Assembly: GCA_030150335.1 (NCBI GenBank)
Contig: JASLGC010000328.1
Coordinates: 1 to 51,670 of the forward strand
DNA from: Flavobacterium sp.
GTDB lineage: Bacteria > Bacteroidota > Bacteroidia > Flavobacteriales > Flavobacteriaceae
Direction: 5' to 3'
DNA: 51,670 nt
The notes below the pieces were generated by a model. It ran no database searches and was not told the origin of the DNA. It worked only from the letters and a program-made list of their open reading frames with translations. The position numbers and the translations under genes were made by a program. Shown here piece by piece: positions 19,596 to 29,054 of the stretch. Every line of letters begins with the position of its first letter. Within the stretch, counting starts at the first letter, position 1.

Positions 19596-20729
19596 TTAAT
19601 ATAATTCTATTTGCCTACCTATTACTAAACCTTCATCTAAAGACAATGACGACAAACCATTTCTGTCTAGCCATATATTTAAATGCCTTAAAGCGATATC
19701 ATTTGCTTTATCTTGCTGTTCTTTTGTCATTTTAAACCATGCCCCTGCATACTTTGAAGGAACGCCGGAATGATAACAAACTGACGCTTGGCCTAACCAC
19801 GCGATACGGTTCATTGACTTGTTTGTCAAGTAGTGCTCGCAAGAGTGTTTCCACTCTACTATAACTTTTTGCAAAATACTGTCAAACAACTGAGGATTTG
19901 TTAATACTTCTATATACACCTGCTCGCATTCCTCATCCGTTAAACCTTCTTTTTTAGATTCGTAAAAACCTGCCTTGTGGCACTCCCATTTATCGAATGT
20001 ATGATATATTCTAGTTGTATCTCCTTCGTTTGGTATTTTATGCAAATCCATTGATTCCTCAATTAAACTTTCCGTTATTGGCTCAAACTCCGAAGCATGA
20101 CCTTCAACTTCCCAAGCACGGCTAAAATCCCTATCCGAGAATATATTTTCAATTCCTGATATCTGGCATAATCTCAAAACTTCTTCTTCATCCATACCCA
20201 GTTGTTTAGATATACGAGAATTTGACCAATTTCTATTTTTAAGCTCAATTACTATCTCACTCATTGCATCTACTTGGTGTTTACCTCTAGCTCTGTTGTG
20301 TCGAATTGTAGAAGCGATACGATCATTTTTACCGCTTTGCTCAGTACGTATATTTACAATAGGCAAATAACCCATTACACGTTTTTTTACAATCTTACTT
20401 TCTTTACCAACTCTGCTACGGTGAAAACCATCGATTACCTCAACCTTTTGCTTATTGTCGTTCTGCCACGATACAATAGGTTGCGTATATCCGTCATTTA
20501 ATATCGAAACCTCTAGTAACTCCATTTCTGGCGGGGCAACCTTATTCGGGTTATAGTCATTGTGTGTTACATTATCGCACGTCTCCCACTTAACGAAATC
20601 GATAGGTTCGTTTTTAAATGGGCTGTGTTGGTGTATTAAAAATCTAGCTTCGTTAATAAGGTTAATTTTATCTTCTAAATTTTCAATATTAGAAATATCT
20701 AAGCAGAATTCTTTTATTTTATCAATCAT
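19596..20729 (-). CDS. ParB/Srx-like protein (IbrB/YbdM-type) with an extra C-terminal domain
   Basis: NDYNPNKVAPPEMELL, DGYTQPIV, IDGFHR and ASTIRHNRARGKH, plus a ~140-aa C-terminal extension. Confidence 0.88.
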   Translation of the reverse strand: MIDKIKEFCLDISNIENLEDKINLINEARFLIHQHSPFKNEPIDFVKWETCDNVTHNDYNPNKVAPPEMELLEVSILNDGYTQPIVSWQNDNKQKVEVIDGFHRSRVGKESKIVKKRVMGYLPIVNIRTEQSGKNDRIASTIRHNRARGKHQVDAMSEIVIELKNRNWSNSRISKQLGMDEEEVLRLCQISGIENIFSDRDFSRAWEVEGHASEFEPITESLIEESMDLHKIPNEGDTTRIYHTFDKWECHKAGFYESKKEGLTDEECEQVYIEVLTNPQLFDSILQKVIVEWKHSCEHYLTNKSMNRIAWLGQASVCYHSGVPSKYAGAWFKMTKEQQDKANDIALRHLNIWLDRNGLSSLSLDEGLVIGRQIELY

Positions 20730-20744
20730 TGTTTTTTTTAATTT

Positions 20745-20767
20745 AAAAAGGGGCTTTTACACCCCTT
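20745..20767 (-). terminator. intrinsic terminator after the SSB-like gene
   Basis: AAGGGG/CCCCTT stem with a flanking A-tract. Confidence 0.55.
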
Positions 20768-20773
20768 AAGTTT

Positions 20774-21142
20774 TTAGAAAGGAAGTTCATCATTTTCCTC
20801 GAATGTTTCTACAGGAGCGCTATTTGAAGCAAAAGAGAAGTCTTTAACATTACCTAATATAGGTTGTTGAGAATCCATAAATTCTGAGTCGTCTTTCTTT
20901 TCTTTGTAAACAGATGATGGAACAGCTTTAGCAATAAACCCATGATTACCGTACTTATCCTCCTCAGCATGAAGAACCACCCTAACGTCCATGTAAACAA
21001 CACCGTCTTTCTCAGTCATAGAGTTACCTTCTATAGGTAAGAATACACCTTTAATAATTCCGCTTTTACCTTTTTTCTCAATAATTACAGCCTGTGGTAA
21101 TTTTGTTAACGCTACTGATCCGTTTAATGTTCTTTTAGACAT
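20774..21142 (-). CDS. putative single-stranded DNA-binding protein
   Basis: Beta-rich 122 aa with an acidic NDELPF C-terminus; in the replication module. Confidence 0.6.
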   Translation of the reverse strand: MSKRTLNGSVALTKLPQAVIIEKKGKSGIIKGVFLPIEGNSMTEKDGVVYMDVRVVLHAEEDKYGNHGFIAKAVPSSVYKEKKDDSEFMDSQQPILGNVKDFSFASNSAPVETFEENDELPF

Positions 21143-21164
21143 AATGTATAATTTAATTTTAATT

Positions 21165-21374
21165 TTATTTTACTGACCTAAGGAATCTAACATTACATTC
21201 CTTTAACTTTTTTGTGAATTCTTCTAGGTTTGCACCAGGTAATTTACTATCTACAACCTTGGCTAATACCACTCCGTTTTCTGCAAGTTGGTAAATATCA
21301 CCGTTACCCCCAATTATAGTAAATCTATCTCCGATATTAAGCTCTGATAGCTTATATATTTTATTTCTTTGCAT
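21165..21374 (-). CDS. hypothetical protein
   Basis: ORF track. Confidence 0.6.
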   Translation of the reverse strand: MQRNKIYKLSELNIGDRFTIIGGNGDIYQLAENGVVLAKVVDSKLPGANLEEFTKKLKECNVRFLRSVK

Positions 21375-22263
21375 TTGTAGCTTTTACTAATTCTTCGTAT
21401 TCTACCCCTGATTCGATTAACTCGCCCGTTTTATTAGCTACGTTTTCAGCGTGTTTACGCATACGTTCTAATGTCACTTTTCCGTCTAACCCTGTGTTAT
21501 CACGGAAATACATTTGAACAATGTTTAACCAACCTATATCTGACAGTACGGTAAGTGAAAGTTTTTCTTTAACTCCTTTTGGAGTAGCGATCGGAGTAGA
21601 CACAACTGCGACCGGAACTGCTACAGTTTCAGCTTTAGGCTTAGGATTTGCTATTGCTTCGTTAATAGCTTTTAAGTAATGAGCTTGTAAAATTTCATAC
21701 TTACCCTCAATGGATTTTTTAACTATTTCTTCGACATCATTTCCGTAAGCAGATTTTACAACTATCTTAGAAACGAGAAGAGCAAACCTTGTCTGAGAAA
21801 ATGCTGGCTTTGCATCTTCAATATTCCCATTTAAAGCATGGATAGTATTAACATCTTCTGCAAGTTCGTTCATGTAAAGTTCACGTAGTTTATCGCTAAC
21901 AAACTTCTCTAAAACCTCCACTTCTGCAATCTTACGTTCTTTATTTAGAACTAATTTTGCTGATGCATCACGCTTTTGTTGTACTTTATCTATTACCGAT
22001 TGAATACCAGCTTCCTGCGCTGTAAACATTCCTTTGATTTCGTCAAACTTACGTGTGTATACGCTTCGTGAGTCATTCATTGCTGTTTTAGCTTTTTTAG
22101 CAGACAAAGATAGCTTAAGTAAATCGGAATCTTGCTCTTCTGTAAGCTCTTCTTTTACTCTTTTTAATGCTTCTTCTAGTTTAGCATTGTACGTGTTCAC
22201 GTAATTCTCATTAGTCTTTAATACTGTATTAAAGTTGTCTAGTTGTATTGTTAATTCAGACAT
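21361..22263 (-). CDS. coiled-coil protein of the recombination module
   Basis: 300-aa helical, K/E/A-rich ORF. Confidence 0.6.
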   Translation of the reverse strand: MSELTIQLDNFNTVLKTNENYVNTYNAKLEEALKRVKEELTEEQDSDLLKLSLSAKKAKTAMNDSRSVYTRKFDEIKGMFTAQEAGIQSVIDKVQQKRDASAKLVLNKERKIAEVEVLEKFVSDKLRELYMNELAEDVNTIHALNGNIEDAKPAFSQTRFALLVSKIVVKSAYGNDVEEIVKKSIEGKYEILQAHYLKAINEAIANPKPKAETVAVPVAVVSTPIATPKGVKEKLSLTVLSDIGWLNIVQMYFRDNTGLDGKVTLERMRKHAENVANKTGELIESGVEYEELVKATNAKK

Positions 22264-22343
22264 AACATAATTATTGTTGGTATTGCGATTGATAATATTA
22301 ACATTGCTATTGTTAGCACGAAAACTGTTATTTCTCTTTTCAT
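22251..22343 (-). CDS. small single-TM peptide (30 aa, MKREITVFVLTIAMLILSIAIP...)
   Basis: Manually translated; start 2 nt after the upstream stop. Confidence 0.5.
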   Translation of the reverse strand: MKREITVFVLTIAMLILSIAIPTIIMLCLN

Positions 22344-22345
22344 TT

Positions 22346-22579
22346 CTATAAAGGATTGTTTTGCAAATGTTCGTTTATTTCATCAACAGTTAAGTATCCT
22401 TGCGGATCTTCTTCTCTAAAATCCCACATCTCATAAGTTGTAGATCCGTTCGAATAAAACATATCACCAATAACGATACTTATTCTTGTATTCTCGAAAT
22501 CAGGATAACAAAACTGTGTACCTACACCAACTGAATGTGGTCTTGACATAAAGTCTTGTGGAAAATTAATTGTTTTCAT
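22346..22579 (-). CDS. hypothetical protein
   Basis: First ORF after the promoter at 22601. Confidence 0.7.
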   Translation of the reverse strand: MKTINFPQDFMSRPHSVGVGTQFCYPDFENTRISIVIGDMFYSNGSTTYEMWDFREEDPQGYLTVDEINEHLQNNPL

Positions 22580-22600
22580 AATCTTATTGTTTTTGTCTTA

Positions 22601-22631
22601 CAAATATAATATTATAAATAATATAAACAAA
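22601..22631 (-). promoter_or_regulatory. Bacteroidota-type sigma70 promoter
   Basis: Minus-strand TTTG-N19-TATATTTG. Confidence 0.7.
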
Positions 22632-22651
22632 ATATATTTGTAAAAAAGTTT

Positions 22652-23602
22652 TTACCATGGCAAACCATCACCCTCTTCTTGGTCCACTTCCGCACTAGGC
22701 AATATATCATACTTCTTCATAACATATTCACGCACACTCATTTCTTCGATGTTACCTCCTCCGTTAGCATCACCGCTAAACACCTTGTATTTTCTATTTT
22801 CAGCACGTCTAGCGTAGCGAATCTCTGCAAGGCCTATGATGTGTGGCAACTCTTCGCTAACATCACCTGACCATTCTTTTAACCTATAACTAGGCTTCGT
22901 ACGCCAATCATTAGGCGCCCAATTACACGCGATCTCACATTCCATGTCGGGAAAGTTCTCATTCCATAATTGTCGCTCAAACTCCATTTGGATCTCGTGG
23001 CTTTCATAAAAGCCTTTACGTCCCGATTTAAAGTTAATAACAGCACGTTTTCTTCCCTTATCAGTATCTAGTTCACATACTAAATCGATAGGAGTACCGA
23101 ATCCCGTTTTACTTAGAAGAACGTATTCTAGTCCTAAAGGCTTAACTCTACGTTCGTCATAGAACACACCAAAAGCCATCATATCTTTTTGCAAATCTCT
23201 TGGCCAGTTCGATATTTCGGGATATGAAAGGGAATGCTTCGCTGTGTACTGTTTAACTACTTCCTCTGCACTTTCTAAATCCCAACTGCCACCACATTTA
23301 ATAAAGACTCCTATTTGCTCATGCATTAGTGTTCCGTAATCCGCTTTCATACGTGTATAACGTTCGCTCTCTGCTTTGCCTAGTGACAGCTTCCAATCTA
23401 AAAGAAATGGTGAGTCTGGCAAGCTTTGACTTATTGTTGTAGTTAAGCTCGTGTATAGTCGAAATGGCATAGCTAAAGTACCATCTTCGTTTATTCTAAA
23501 GTATGATCTGCCTTGTGCAAAGGTTACACGTCCGACTTTATAATTTGGAAGACGTATCGCATTGTCATCATACCACTCGGTATTCACTTGTTCTATTTTC
23601 AT
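22652..23602 (-). CDS. PD-(D/E)xK-fold exonuclease-like protein
   Basis: GTLMH, GTPIDL, INFKSG and Q-x-motif; next to the Gp3-like gene. Confidence 0.65.
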   Translation of the reverse strand: MKIEQVNTEWYDDNAIRLPNYKVGRVTFAQGRSYFRINEDGTLAMPFRLYTSLTTTISQSLPDSPFLLDWKLSLGKAESERYTRMKADYGTLMHEQIGVFIKCGGSWDLESAEEVVKQYTAKHSLSYPEISNWPRDLQKDMMAFGVFYDERRVKPLGLEYVLLSKTGFGTPIDLVCELDTDKGRKRAVINFKSGRKGFYESHEIQMEFERQLWNENFPDMECEIACNWAPNDWRTKPSYRLKEWSGDVSEELPHIIGLAEIRYARRAENRKYKVFSGDANGGGNIEEMSVREYVMKKYDILPSAEVDQEEGDGLPW

Positions 23603-23804
23603 TACTTTATTGTTTTTATTGTTAGTTTGCCGATTAACTTAGACTCGTTTTTATAAACATAATGACTCCAATGAAGTATTTTAACGTAATTATAATCATT
23701 TATTTTCCTGCAAATTATCTGCTTATTTAATGGCGTTAAGTTCAATATACGCTTCCTATAAACTCCACAACATCAAACGTCATTCCTACCTCTAACCTAC
23801 CCAT
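23602..23804 (-). pseudogene. probable frameshifted small gene (MGRLEVGMTFDVVEF / YRKRIL...IGKLTIKTIK)
   Basis: ATG 23804 to TAA 23602 spans 203 nt (3n-1); both ends are coupled to neighbouring genes. Confidence 0.4.
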
Positions 23805-24531
23805 CTATCACCTCCACTTCTTGGACATCACCACTACCTAGTTCTAATCTAGTAACTTTACCAACGCTAAGCATATTTGCACTTCCTCCACCTTGTAAAT
23901 ACCCTCTAACCTCTTCGATTGCTTGATCCGTAAAGTTAGGTACTAATGTAATAACGGGATACTTTTTCGTCTCACCTGCTCCGTAGCTATTTCTAAAAGC
24001 AACCGATAAAGTGAATGGGAAACCTATTATAGTACCTGCCTTTTCTTTTACCATGTCAAAAGCGTTTATGATAGTTGGAATGCTACCTTTTACCGCATTT
24101 GTAGTAAATGTCCAATGTCCTAAAATACCTTTCATCCCTATTAGAACAAATCTAAGTGTTAACATTTCTTTCCATAGTTTAGCGTACTTCTTTACAAACT
24201 CACCGTCTTTACCTTCTTCCACATACGCATTTCCGTTCCAAACCGTAAAAGTAATGCCATCACCGTAACCAAATCTTTTCCCTTTATCCCATGCTTCGAA
24301 ACGTTGATTACAAACTTCCTCGATATTATCACTAATGAAAGCAATGTTCAATTGATTTGGCTTTTCTCCATAAATCTGTTTAAACATTTCTTCGTAGTTC
24401 GATTTAGGAACGAAGTAGTCGACGGCAATAGGATAACCCTTTTGCGGATGCTTAATCCCTATCTTAATTTTACCAATCTCAGGCAATGTACTACCTCTAT
24501 TTTGTAGTGTTGTTATTCTTCCTTTGTTCAT
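23797..24531 (-). CDS. Gp3-like (recombination directionality factor-like) protein, probable annealase
   Basis: LPEIGKIKIG...GYP...DYF, GDG and L.F.L...G.W.F.T pattern; paired with a nuclease. Confidence 0.65.
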   Translation of the reverse strand: MNKGRITTLQNRGSTLPEIGKIKIGIKHPQKGYPIAVDYFVPKSNYEEMFKQIYGEKPNQLNIAFISDNIEEVCNQRFEAWDKGKRFGYGDGITFTVWNGNAYVEEGKDGEFVKKYAKLWKEMLTLRFVLIGMKGILGHWTFTTNAVKGSIPTIINAFDMVKEKAGTIIGFPFTLSVAFRNSYGAGETKKYPVITLVPNFTDQAIEEVRGYLQGGGSANMLSVGKVTRLELGSGDVQEVEVIDG

Positions 24532-24533
24532 TG

Positions 24534-24626
24534 TTATTGTTTTTTGTTTTTAAAATACTCCATAGTTATAACACATATTGTTATGCATACCATCGCTACT
24601 ATAGTAACTATTGCTTCATCCATCAT
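24534..24626 (-). CDS. small single-TM peptide (30 aa, MMDEAIVTIVAMVCITICVIT...)
   Basis: Manually translated; TAATG-coupled. Confidence 0.5.
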   Translation of the reverse strand: MMDEAIVTIVAMVCITICVITMEYFKNKKQ

Positions 24627-24856
24627 TACCTCTCCCTCCAAAATCTTACTTTTCCATCGGGTTGACCTTTTGTGGTGCTTCTAAACCTTTTGGTGCAACC
24701 TTCTTCCTTGTGATACCATTGAGTAGCTACTGTAGCCACGTTATTTCGTTTATCTATGTCAACTAAAAAAGATTCGTCAACCATTAGATTTCCAAGAACT
24801 TCAACCCACTTTGGGCTTGTCTCAGGCACTTTGTTTTTCTCAATTACTATTTCCAT
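24626..24856 (-). CDS. small putative DNA-binding protein, probably leaderless
   Basis: L.VDESF...VRFWR pattern; ATG 4 nt after TATATTTG. Confidence 0.6.
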   Translation of the reverse strand: MEIVIEKNKVPETSPKWVEVLGNLMVDESFLVDIDKRNNVATVATQWYHKEEGCTKRFRSTTKGQPDGKVRFWRER

Positions 24857-24860
24857 AACA

Positions 24861-24892
24861 CAAATATAAACTTTATAAATTTAATAAACAAG
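24861..24892 (-). promoter_or_regulatory. Bacteroidota-type promoter of the recombination operon
   Basis: Minus-strand CTTG-N20-TATATTTG. Confidence 0.65.
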
Positions 24893-24901
24893 TAAACAAG
24901 T

Positions 24902-24972
24902 AAAAAAGGAGCGTATTGTGTTTACGCTCCTTGTTAGAAAATTATTTTGAGTGAGTTTTTTTAGGCTCACTC
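24902..24972 (-). terminator. double hairpin/terminator ending the late transcript
   Basis: AAGGAGCGTA/TACGCTCCTT (24906-24932) with A-tract; second hairpin GAGTGAGT/GCTCACTC (24949-24972). Confidence 0.75.
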
Positions 24973-24974
24973 GT

Positions 24975-27731
24975 TTAGTAGTAACTCTTACCAGTTCCGA
25001 CAAAACCTTCTTCTCTGAATTTTAAAGGCGACGATTTAACTATCCAATCAATATACGTCATAATCATCCATGCGTAATATTGATAACCTAAAGTATTGTA
25101 ATGCCCACCACTCCAATAAATGTTTTTAAAAGGCGTGTTTTGAACTACTCCATAAGTATATACATCTATAACAAAAACGTTTTCAAACTTAGTAGCTAAG
25201 TCTCTGATAACATTATTCCATAACTGAACATTAGATGTGTCAGAAACATTTTCTTTTGGTAGAGTAATCAAGAACAACTTAGCTTTAGGTTGAACACTTC
25301 TTAATCTTTGTATAATTCCTCCCATCCATCCTGCAAAAGTGTCAGCGTTGTTATTATAATCTAATAAATCAATATCAGTACTAACATCACCTACAGGATA
25401 GCTCCCTGCCTTAGATTGATTGAAATTGTTTCTATCATTAGTACCCATTGAAATAACATATGATTTCTTAATATTAGTTCTAGCACCGCTCCAACTTCTA
25501 TCTAAAGCCCCATGAGTATCAGTACACCACCCTTTAGCTGTTTGACCTCCTATTGAAAAGTTGTACCCATCTGCTCCCGTAGCTTTACAAATCATTTGCC
25601 CCCAAGAATAATCGTATAGGTTTTCATATTTAGTTACTCCGCTCTCTTTATACTCATGTTGCCCACTAGTTAAAGAGTCACCAACAAAACCCCAACTATG
25701 AAATATCGAAGCGAACCCTGCTGTTAAGTTTATTCTACTTAATGGATTTAGTGAATCAATATTATGCAATCTGTCTAAAGGATTAATACCTATTGAAATT
25801 TCTAAATCTTCAACCTTTGTACCTAACTCATCTATTTTATTTACTTCGCTTTCTATTACTTCATAAATAGTAAAAGCTAGTCTATGCCATTGTGTTACAA
25901 ATAAATTACCGTTTTGTGTTGGTGTGTATTCTTGTGAAAATTTAGTTCCTATAGGAGCTCCGTTAGGTACAAGAAGAACCACAGTTCCACTACCAGTCAT
26001 ATCAGGTGATGTTTTAAACATTGCCCCTGCGAAAGCTAAAGTAGTTGCTGCTGTTGTTTCGCCTTGTATTAAGTATTTCTTACCTTGAACAACATTGTAT
26101 CTACTCAATGCATATGTGCTACCCCCTGCACTTATAATACCTGTATTACTTATGTAAGTAGATGGTTTATTCTCTAAAAATTCATTTAATATTAATTCTT
26201 GTACGTCTTCAAATACGGCAGTGTTTAATTTATCTAATGAGTTATCTACACTTACTTTATTGATGTCAAAATCATCTCTAATACTGTCTATTTTATTTAC
26301 TTCGCTTGATGTAGTACAAGTAAAATCAATACCAGTCCATTTTGTAGTAAAAATATAACCATCTTGTGTTGGTGTATACTCTGTGTTTAAATTTGTGCCT
26401 ATAGGAGTATTATTCGCTACTGGTAACAAAACAGTGCCACTACCCGAAAAAGCAGAAGTGGTTTTAAACATAACACCAGTTAATGGAGTATTATTTACAG
26501 ATGTAGTTATTGACTTAAATGTGTATTTTTTATCTTTCTCAACTTTAAATCTTTTTACACTAAAAGAAGCCGCTGCCGAAACTATTGACCCGTTTTCAAT
26601 ATACATTGACGCTTGAGTAGCTTCTGGATTTATAACTAAAGTAGTATTGTCGAATATATATCCTTTCAAAACCCTATCATTATCCGCGCTCCCTGCCTTA
26701 TCCTTAGCCGTACTAGCAAATCCATCAACAACATCAACCTTAGGCAAACTAATCTCCACGCCTGCCGTCCAAGTATTGCTACTTCTATTATAATATCCCT
26801 TTCTGAATTTACCTGCACTTACTACAATTGGATCACCATCTGTTTGCGTGTATGTTACAGCAACATCATCACCGCCGTATAAGTCCGCTGTACCTACATT
26901 AGTAATATACGCAGGAACAGATGCTCCTTGAGGAAGAACAGTTCCTGTAATTTCAATAGGTGTGCCCTGAGCCTGTGAAACTGCTTGCTCCATCTGAAAC
27001 AAAGGAACGGCATTCTCAGGAAACTCTGCTAGGTTAGTATTTAAGTTCCCTTGTGGGCTATACTTAGGCACCATACCACCCTGTGGTATCATTGATAAAT
27101 CGCTACTAGTTATACTATTACTTAGGCTAACTAGTGTCCAAGATTTGTAAAACTTATCGTAAACAACCTCCCACACATCATCTTTATCAACCTTACTTGG
27201 TAGCCAAGATATTGAAGCTCCATTAACAGCTGTATTTGTTATGTTGTCACATCCGAAGGTAAATATAATAGTTAACTTAGAAGTTTCCTCTGGTATCTCA
27301 CTCCATGTAAGTGTAAATAAATCTACCTGCTCAAGACCATTCTTAACTAATGATAAAGTACCTTTAAAATCCGTTATAATTCTATTGCCTCTATCAGTAA
27401 TTATAACACGGTGTATCTCTAGCAACGGATTGTCAATTACAGGGTTCTTATCTGTTCCACTCACTAAAGTACCTGTTACGCTTGCGACCCCACTACCGCC
27501 ATCGCTCCCACCGTTATTAAAAGCTTCTTCAAGCTTGTTTGATAAATCTTCTGCGCTTGTGACAGCTACACCATCAACAGTTGTGCCTTTCCAGTCTACA
27601 TTTAATTGCGCACCTCCGTTGATTATCTTAACACCTGTGCTAGTCAATGCCATTGAGCTATTAGCTGATCCTCTGCCAATTTTCAAGCCATCAATGGAAA
27701 CTACGTTTTCTTTAATTTCAATTACCGCCAT
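24975..27731 (-). CDS. large fibre/spike-like protein with two internal repeats and a C-terminal SGNH/GDSL esterase
   Basis: VGDSLT (block I), SIGG (II), MGTND (III) and GGHYN (V); duplicated ~110-aa beta-rich module. Confidence 0.8.
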   Translation of the reverse strand: MAVIEIKENVVSIDGLKIGRGSANSSMALTSTGVKIINGGAQLNVDWKGTTVDGVAVTSAEDLSNKLEEAFNNGGSDGGSGVASVTGTLVSGTDKNPVIDNPLLEIHRVIITDRGNRIITDFKGTLSLVKNGLEQVDLFTLTWSEIPEETSKLTIIFTFGCDNITNTAVNGASISWLPSKVDKDDVWEVVYDKFYKSWTLVSLSNSITSSDLSMIPQGGMVPKYSPQGNLNTNLAEFPENAVPLFQMEQAVSQAQGTPIEITGTVLPQGASVPAYITNVGTADLYGGDDVAVTYTQTDGDPIVVSAGKFRKGYYNRSSNTWTAGVEISLPKVDVVDGFASTAKDKAGSADNDRVLKGYIFDNTTLVINPEATQASMYIENGSIVSAAASFSVKRFKVEKDKKYTFKSITTSVNNTPLTGVMFKTTSAFSGSGTVLLPVANNTPIGTNLNTEYTPTQDGYIFTTKWTGIDFTCTTSSEVNKIDSIRDDFDINKVSVDNSLDKLNTAVFEDVQELILNEFLENKPSTYISNTGIISAGGSTYALSRYNVVQGKKYLIQGETTAATTLAFAGAMFKTSPDMTGSGTVVLLVPNGAPIGTKFSQEYTPTQNGNLFVTQWHRLAFTIYEVIESEVNKIDELGTKVEDLEISIGINPLDRLHNIDSLNPLSRINLTAGFASIFHSWGFVGDSLTSGQHEYKESGVTKYENLYDYSWGQMICKATGADGYNFSIGGQTAKGWCTDTHGALDRSWSGARTNIKKSYVISMGTNDRNNFNQSKAGSYPVGDVSTDIDLLDYNNNADTFAGWMGGIIQRLRSVQPKAKLFLITLPKENVSDTSNVQLWNNVIRDLATKFENVFVIDVYTYGVVQNTPFKNIYWSGGHYNTLGYQYYAWMIMTYIDWIVKSSPLKFREEGFVGTGKSYY

Positions 27732-28213
27732 TTTCTTATTATTAATATTAAAAATCCTAAACCAATTATAGCACTTAATATAGTAGTGCTTTTTTTGTAC
27801 TTGTCACCTCTTGCTTGTAGTTTGTCGCCGCGTGCTTTTTCCTTTTCTAGTTCATCTTTACTTTCTGCAACCTCCGCTTCCAAAACCTTAATACGTGCTA
27901 ACGTTTCCCATCTATCACGAAAAGCTGTATCTACTCTTTGAGTAGCAGGTGGGCAAGGCACTTTTACATCAGGAGCTTTTATTTTCGTGCCATCAGGACA
28001 AGGGATAGAATCTCCTTTTATGTAGATTGTTTCCCCTGGTATGGTATCTGTCCTCCCCTTAACATAAACAGGAGTCGAATTATCCCCAAAACAGTCAAGG
28101 CACAATTTTGCTAGTTCTACGGGATTACCTCGATACCATTTTTCTGCCTTTCGTTGTGTCGTACAGCCTGCTAATAAAAGCAAGCTAACGACTGTAATTA
28201 TTATTCTTTTCAT
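27722..28213 (-). CDS. lipoprotein with C-terminal TM helix; unimolecular-spanin-like
   Basis: Lipobox LLAG-C, coiled coil and C-terminal ILSAIIGLGFLILII-RKWR; in the lysis cluster. Confidence 0.7.
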   Translation of the reverse strand: MKRIIITVVSLLLLAGCTTQRKAEKWYRGNPVELAKLCLDCFGDNSTPVYVKGRTDTIPGETIYIKGDSIPCPDGTKIKAPDVKVPCPPATQRVDTAFRDRWETLARIKVLEAEVAESKDELEKEKARGDKLQARGDKYKKSTTILSAIIGLGFLILIIRKWR

Positions 28214-28514
28214 TTTCTTCTAGTTTTTTCACTCTCTCGTTTAGTGAATTATAATCTGCTCGCAATTGTGTGAACTCCTGCGCCAAAGTTAGTGATATTT
28301 TGTTTATAGCATCGTTAGTTTCCTTTACTTGCAATTCTATTTTATCAACCTTTGCATTAATCGTATCTATGCTTTTCTTAGCTCCTTCTAGACCTCCAAC
28401 TACTTGTAAGTAAAAAAGCCCTATTCCCCCAACTGCAAATGATATATCTCTTAAATTCAGCTTAGCCCACCACTGCGTTTTATTTTCCGTGCTATTATTA
28501 GTATTATCAAGCAT
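28185..28514 (-). CDS. single-TM coiled-coil protein of the lysis cluster
   Basis: ISFAVGGIGLFYLQVV followed by heptad repeats. Confidence 0.6.
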   Translation of the reverse strand: MLDNTNNSTENKTQWWAKLNLRDISFAVGGIGLFYLQVVGGLEGAKKSIDTINAKVDKIELQVKETNDAINKISLTLAQEFTQLRADYNSLNERVKKLEENEKNNNYSR

Positions 28515-28780
28515 ACTGCGAATGTTAATGCAAATACTTTACCAGTAGCGTATATCCATTCATTTGTGCTGATAGCGCAAACGGCTGTATATAGTATCCT
28601 CCCTGTGGTTAAATATGTGGCAAATGTAGTGTATATATCTTTTTCGAATTTAACATTAAGCAACACTATTACATAAGCTAATATGTTGAACATATTAATC
28701 AAAGCCCAATACATTGAGCTATCACCTATCCCTAGGTAAAGGATAGTTGTGATTATATATAATAGTGTTACCGTTCTCAT
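28457..28780 (-). CDS. multi-pass membrane protein (holin/antiholin candidate; start taken at MRTVT)
   Basis: About four hydrophobic segments. Confidence 0.6.
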   Translation of the reverse strand: MRTVTLLYIITTILYLGIGDSSMYWALINMFNILAYVIVLLNVKFEKDIYTTFATYLTTGRILYTAVCAISTNEWIYATGKVFALTFAVCLIILIIARKIKRSGGLS

Positions 28781-28781
28781 T

Positions 28782-29054
28782 TTATTTCTTTGGTTTAGTT
28801 GGGTCTCCCATTGGTGGTGGTAAGTTTCTATCATCATTACTAGCTACCTTAACCCCTGCCCCAATTTGCTTTTGCATAGACTTTTTAACCATGTAAGCAA
28901 GCACGGAGCTTATAAAGATTTTAAGCAACAAAGACCATGATAGGTTAATACTACCTACTTCTAGCACAGTTTGCAACTCTGTGAATACTGGTATCAAAAT
29001 ACCATAGTACAACGATTTTAACACATCGTTAAGTGTTTCCTTGATTTTATTCAT
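28782..29054 (-). CDS. holin candidate
   Basis: Two hydrophobic segments and a charged C-terminus; coupled to the endolysin. Confidence 0.55.
   Translation of the reverse strand: MNKIKETLNDVLKSLYYGILIPVFTELQTVLEVGSINLSWSLLLKIFISSVLAYMVKKSMQKQIGAGVKVASNDDRNLPPPMGDPTKPKK

Noticed and set aside
19596..20729. Plasmid-prophage partition system
   Set aside because: There is no ParA, and the motifs and PAPS-reductase neighbour indicate the IbrB/YbdM type.
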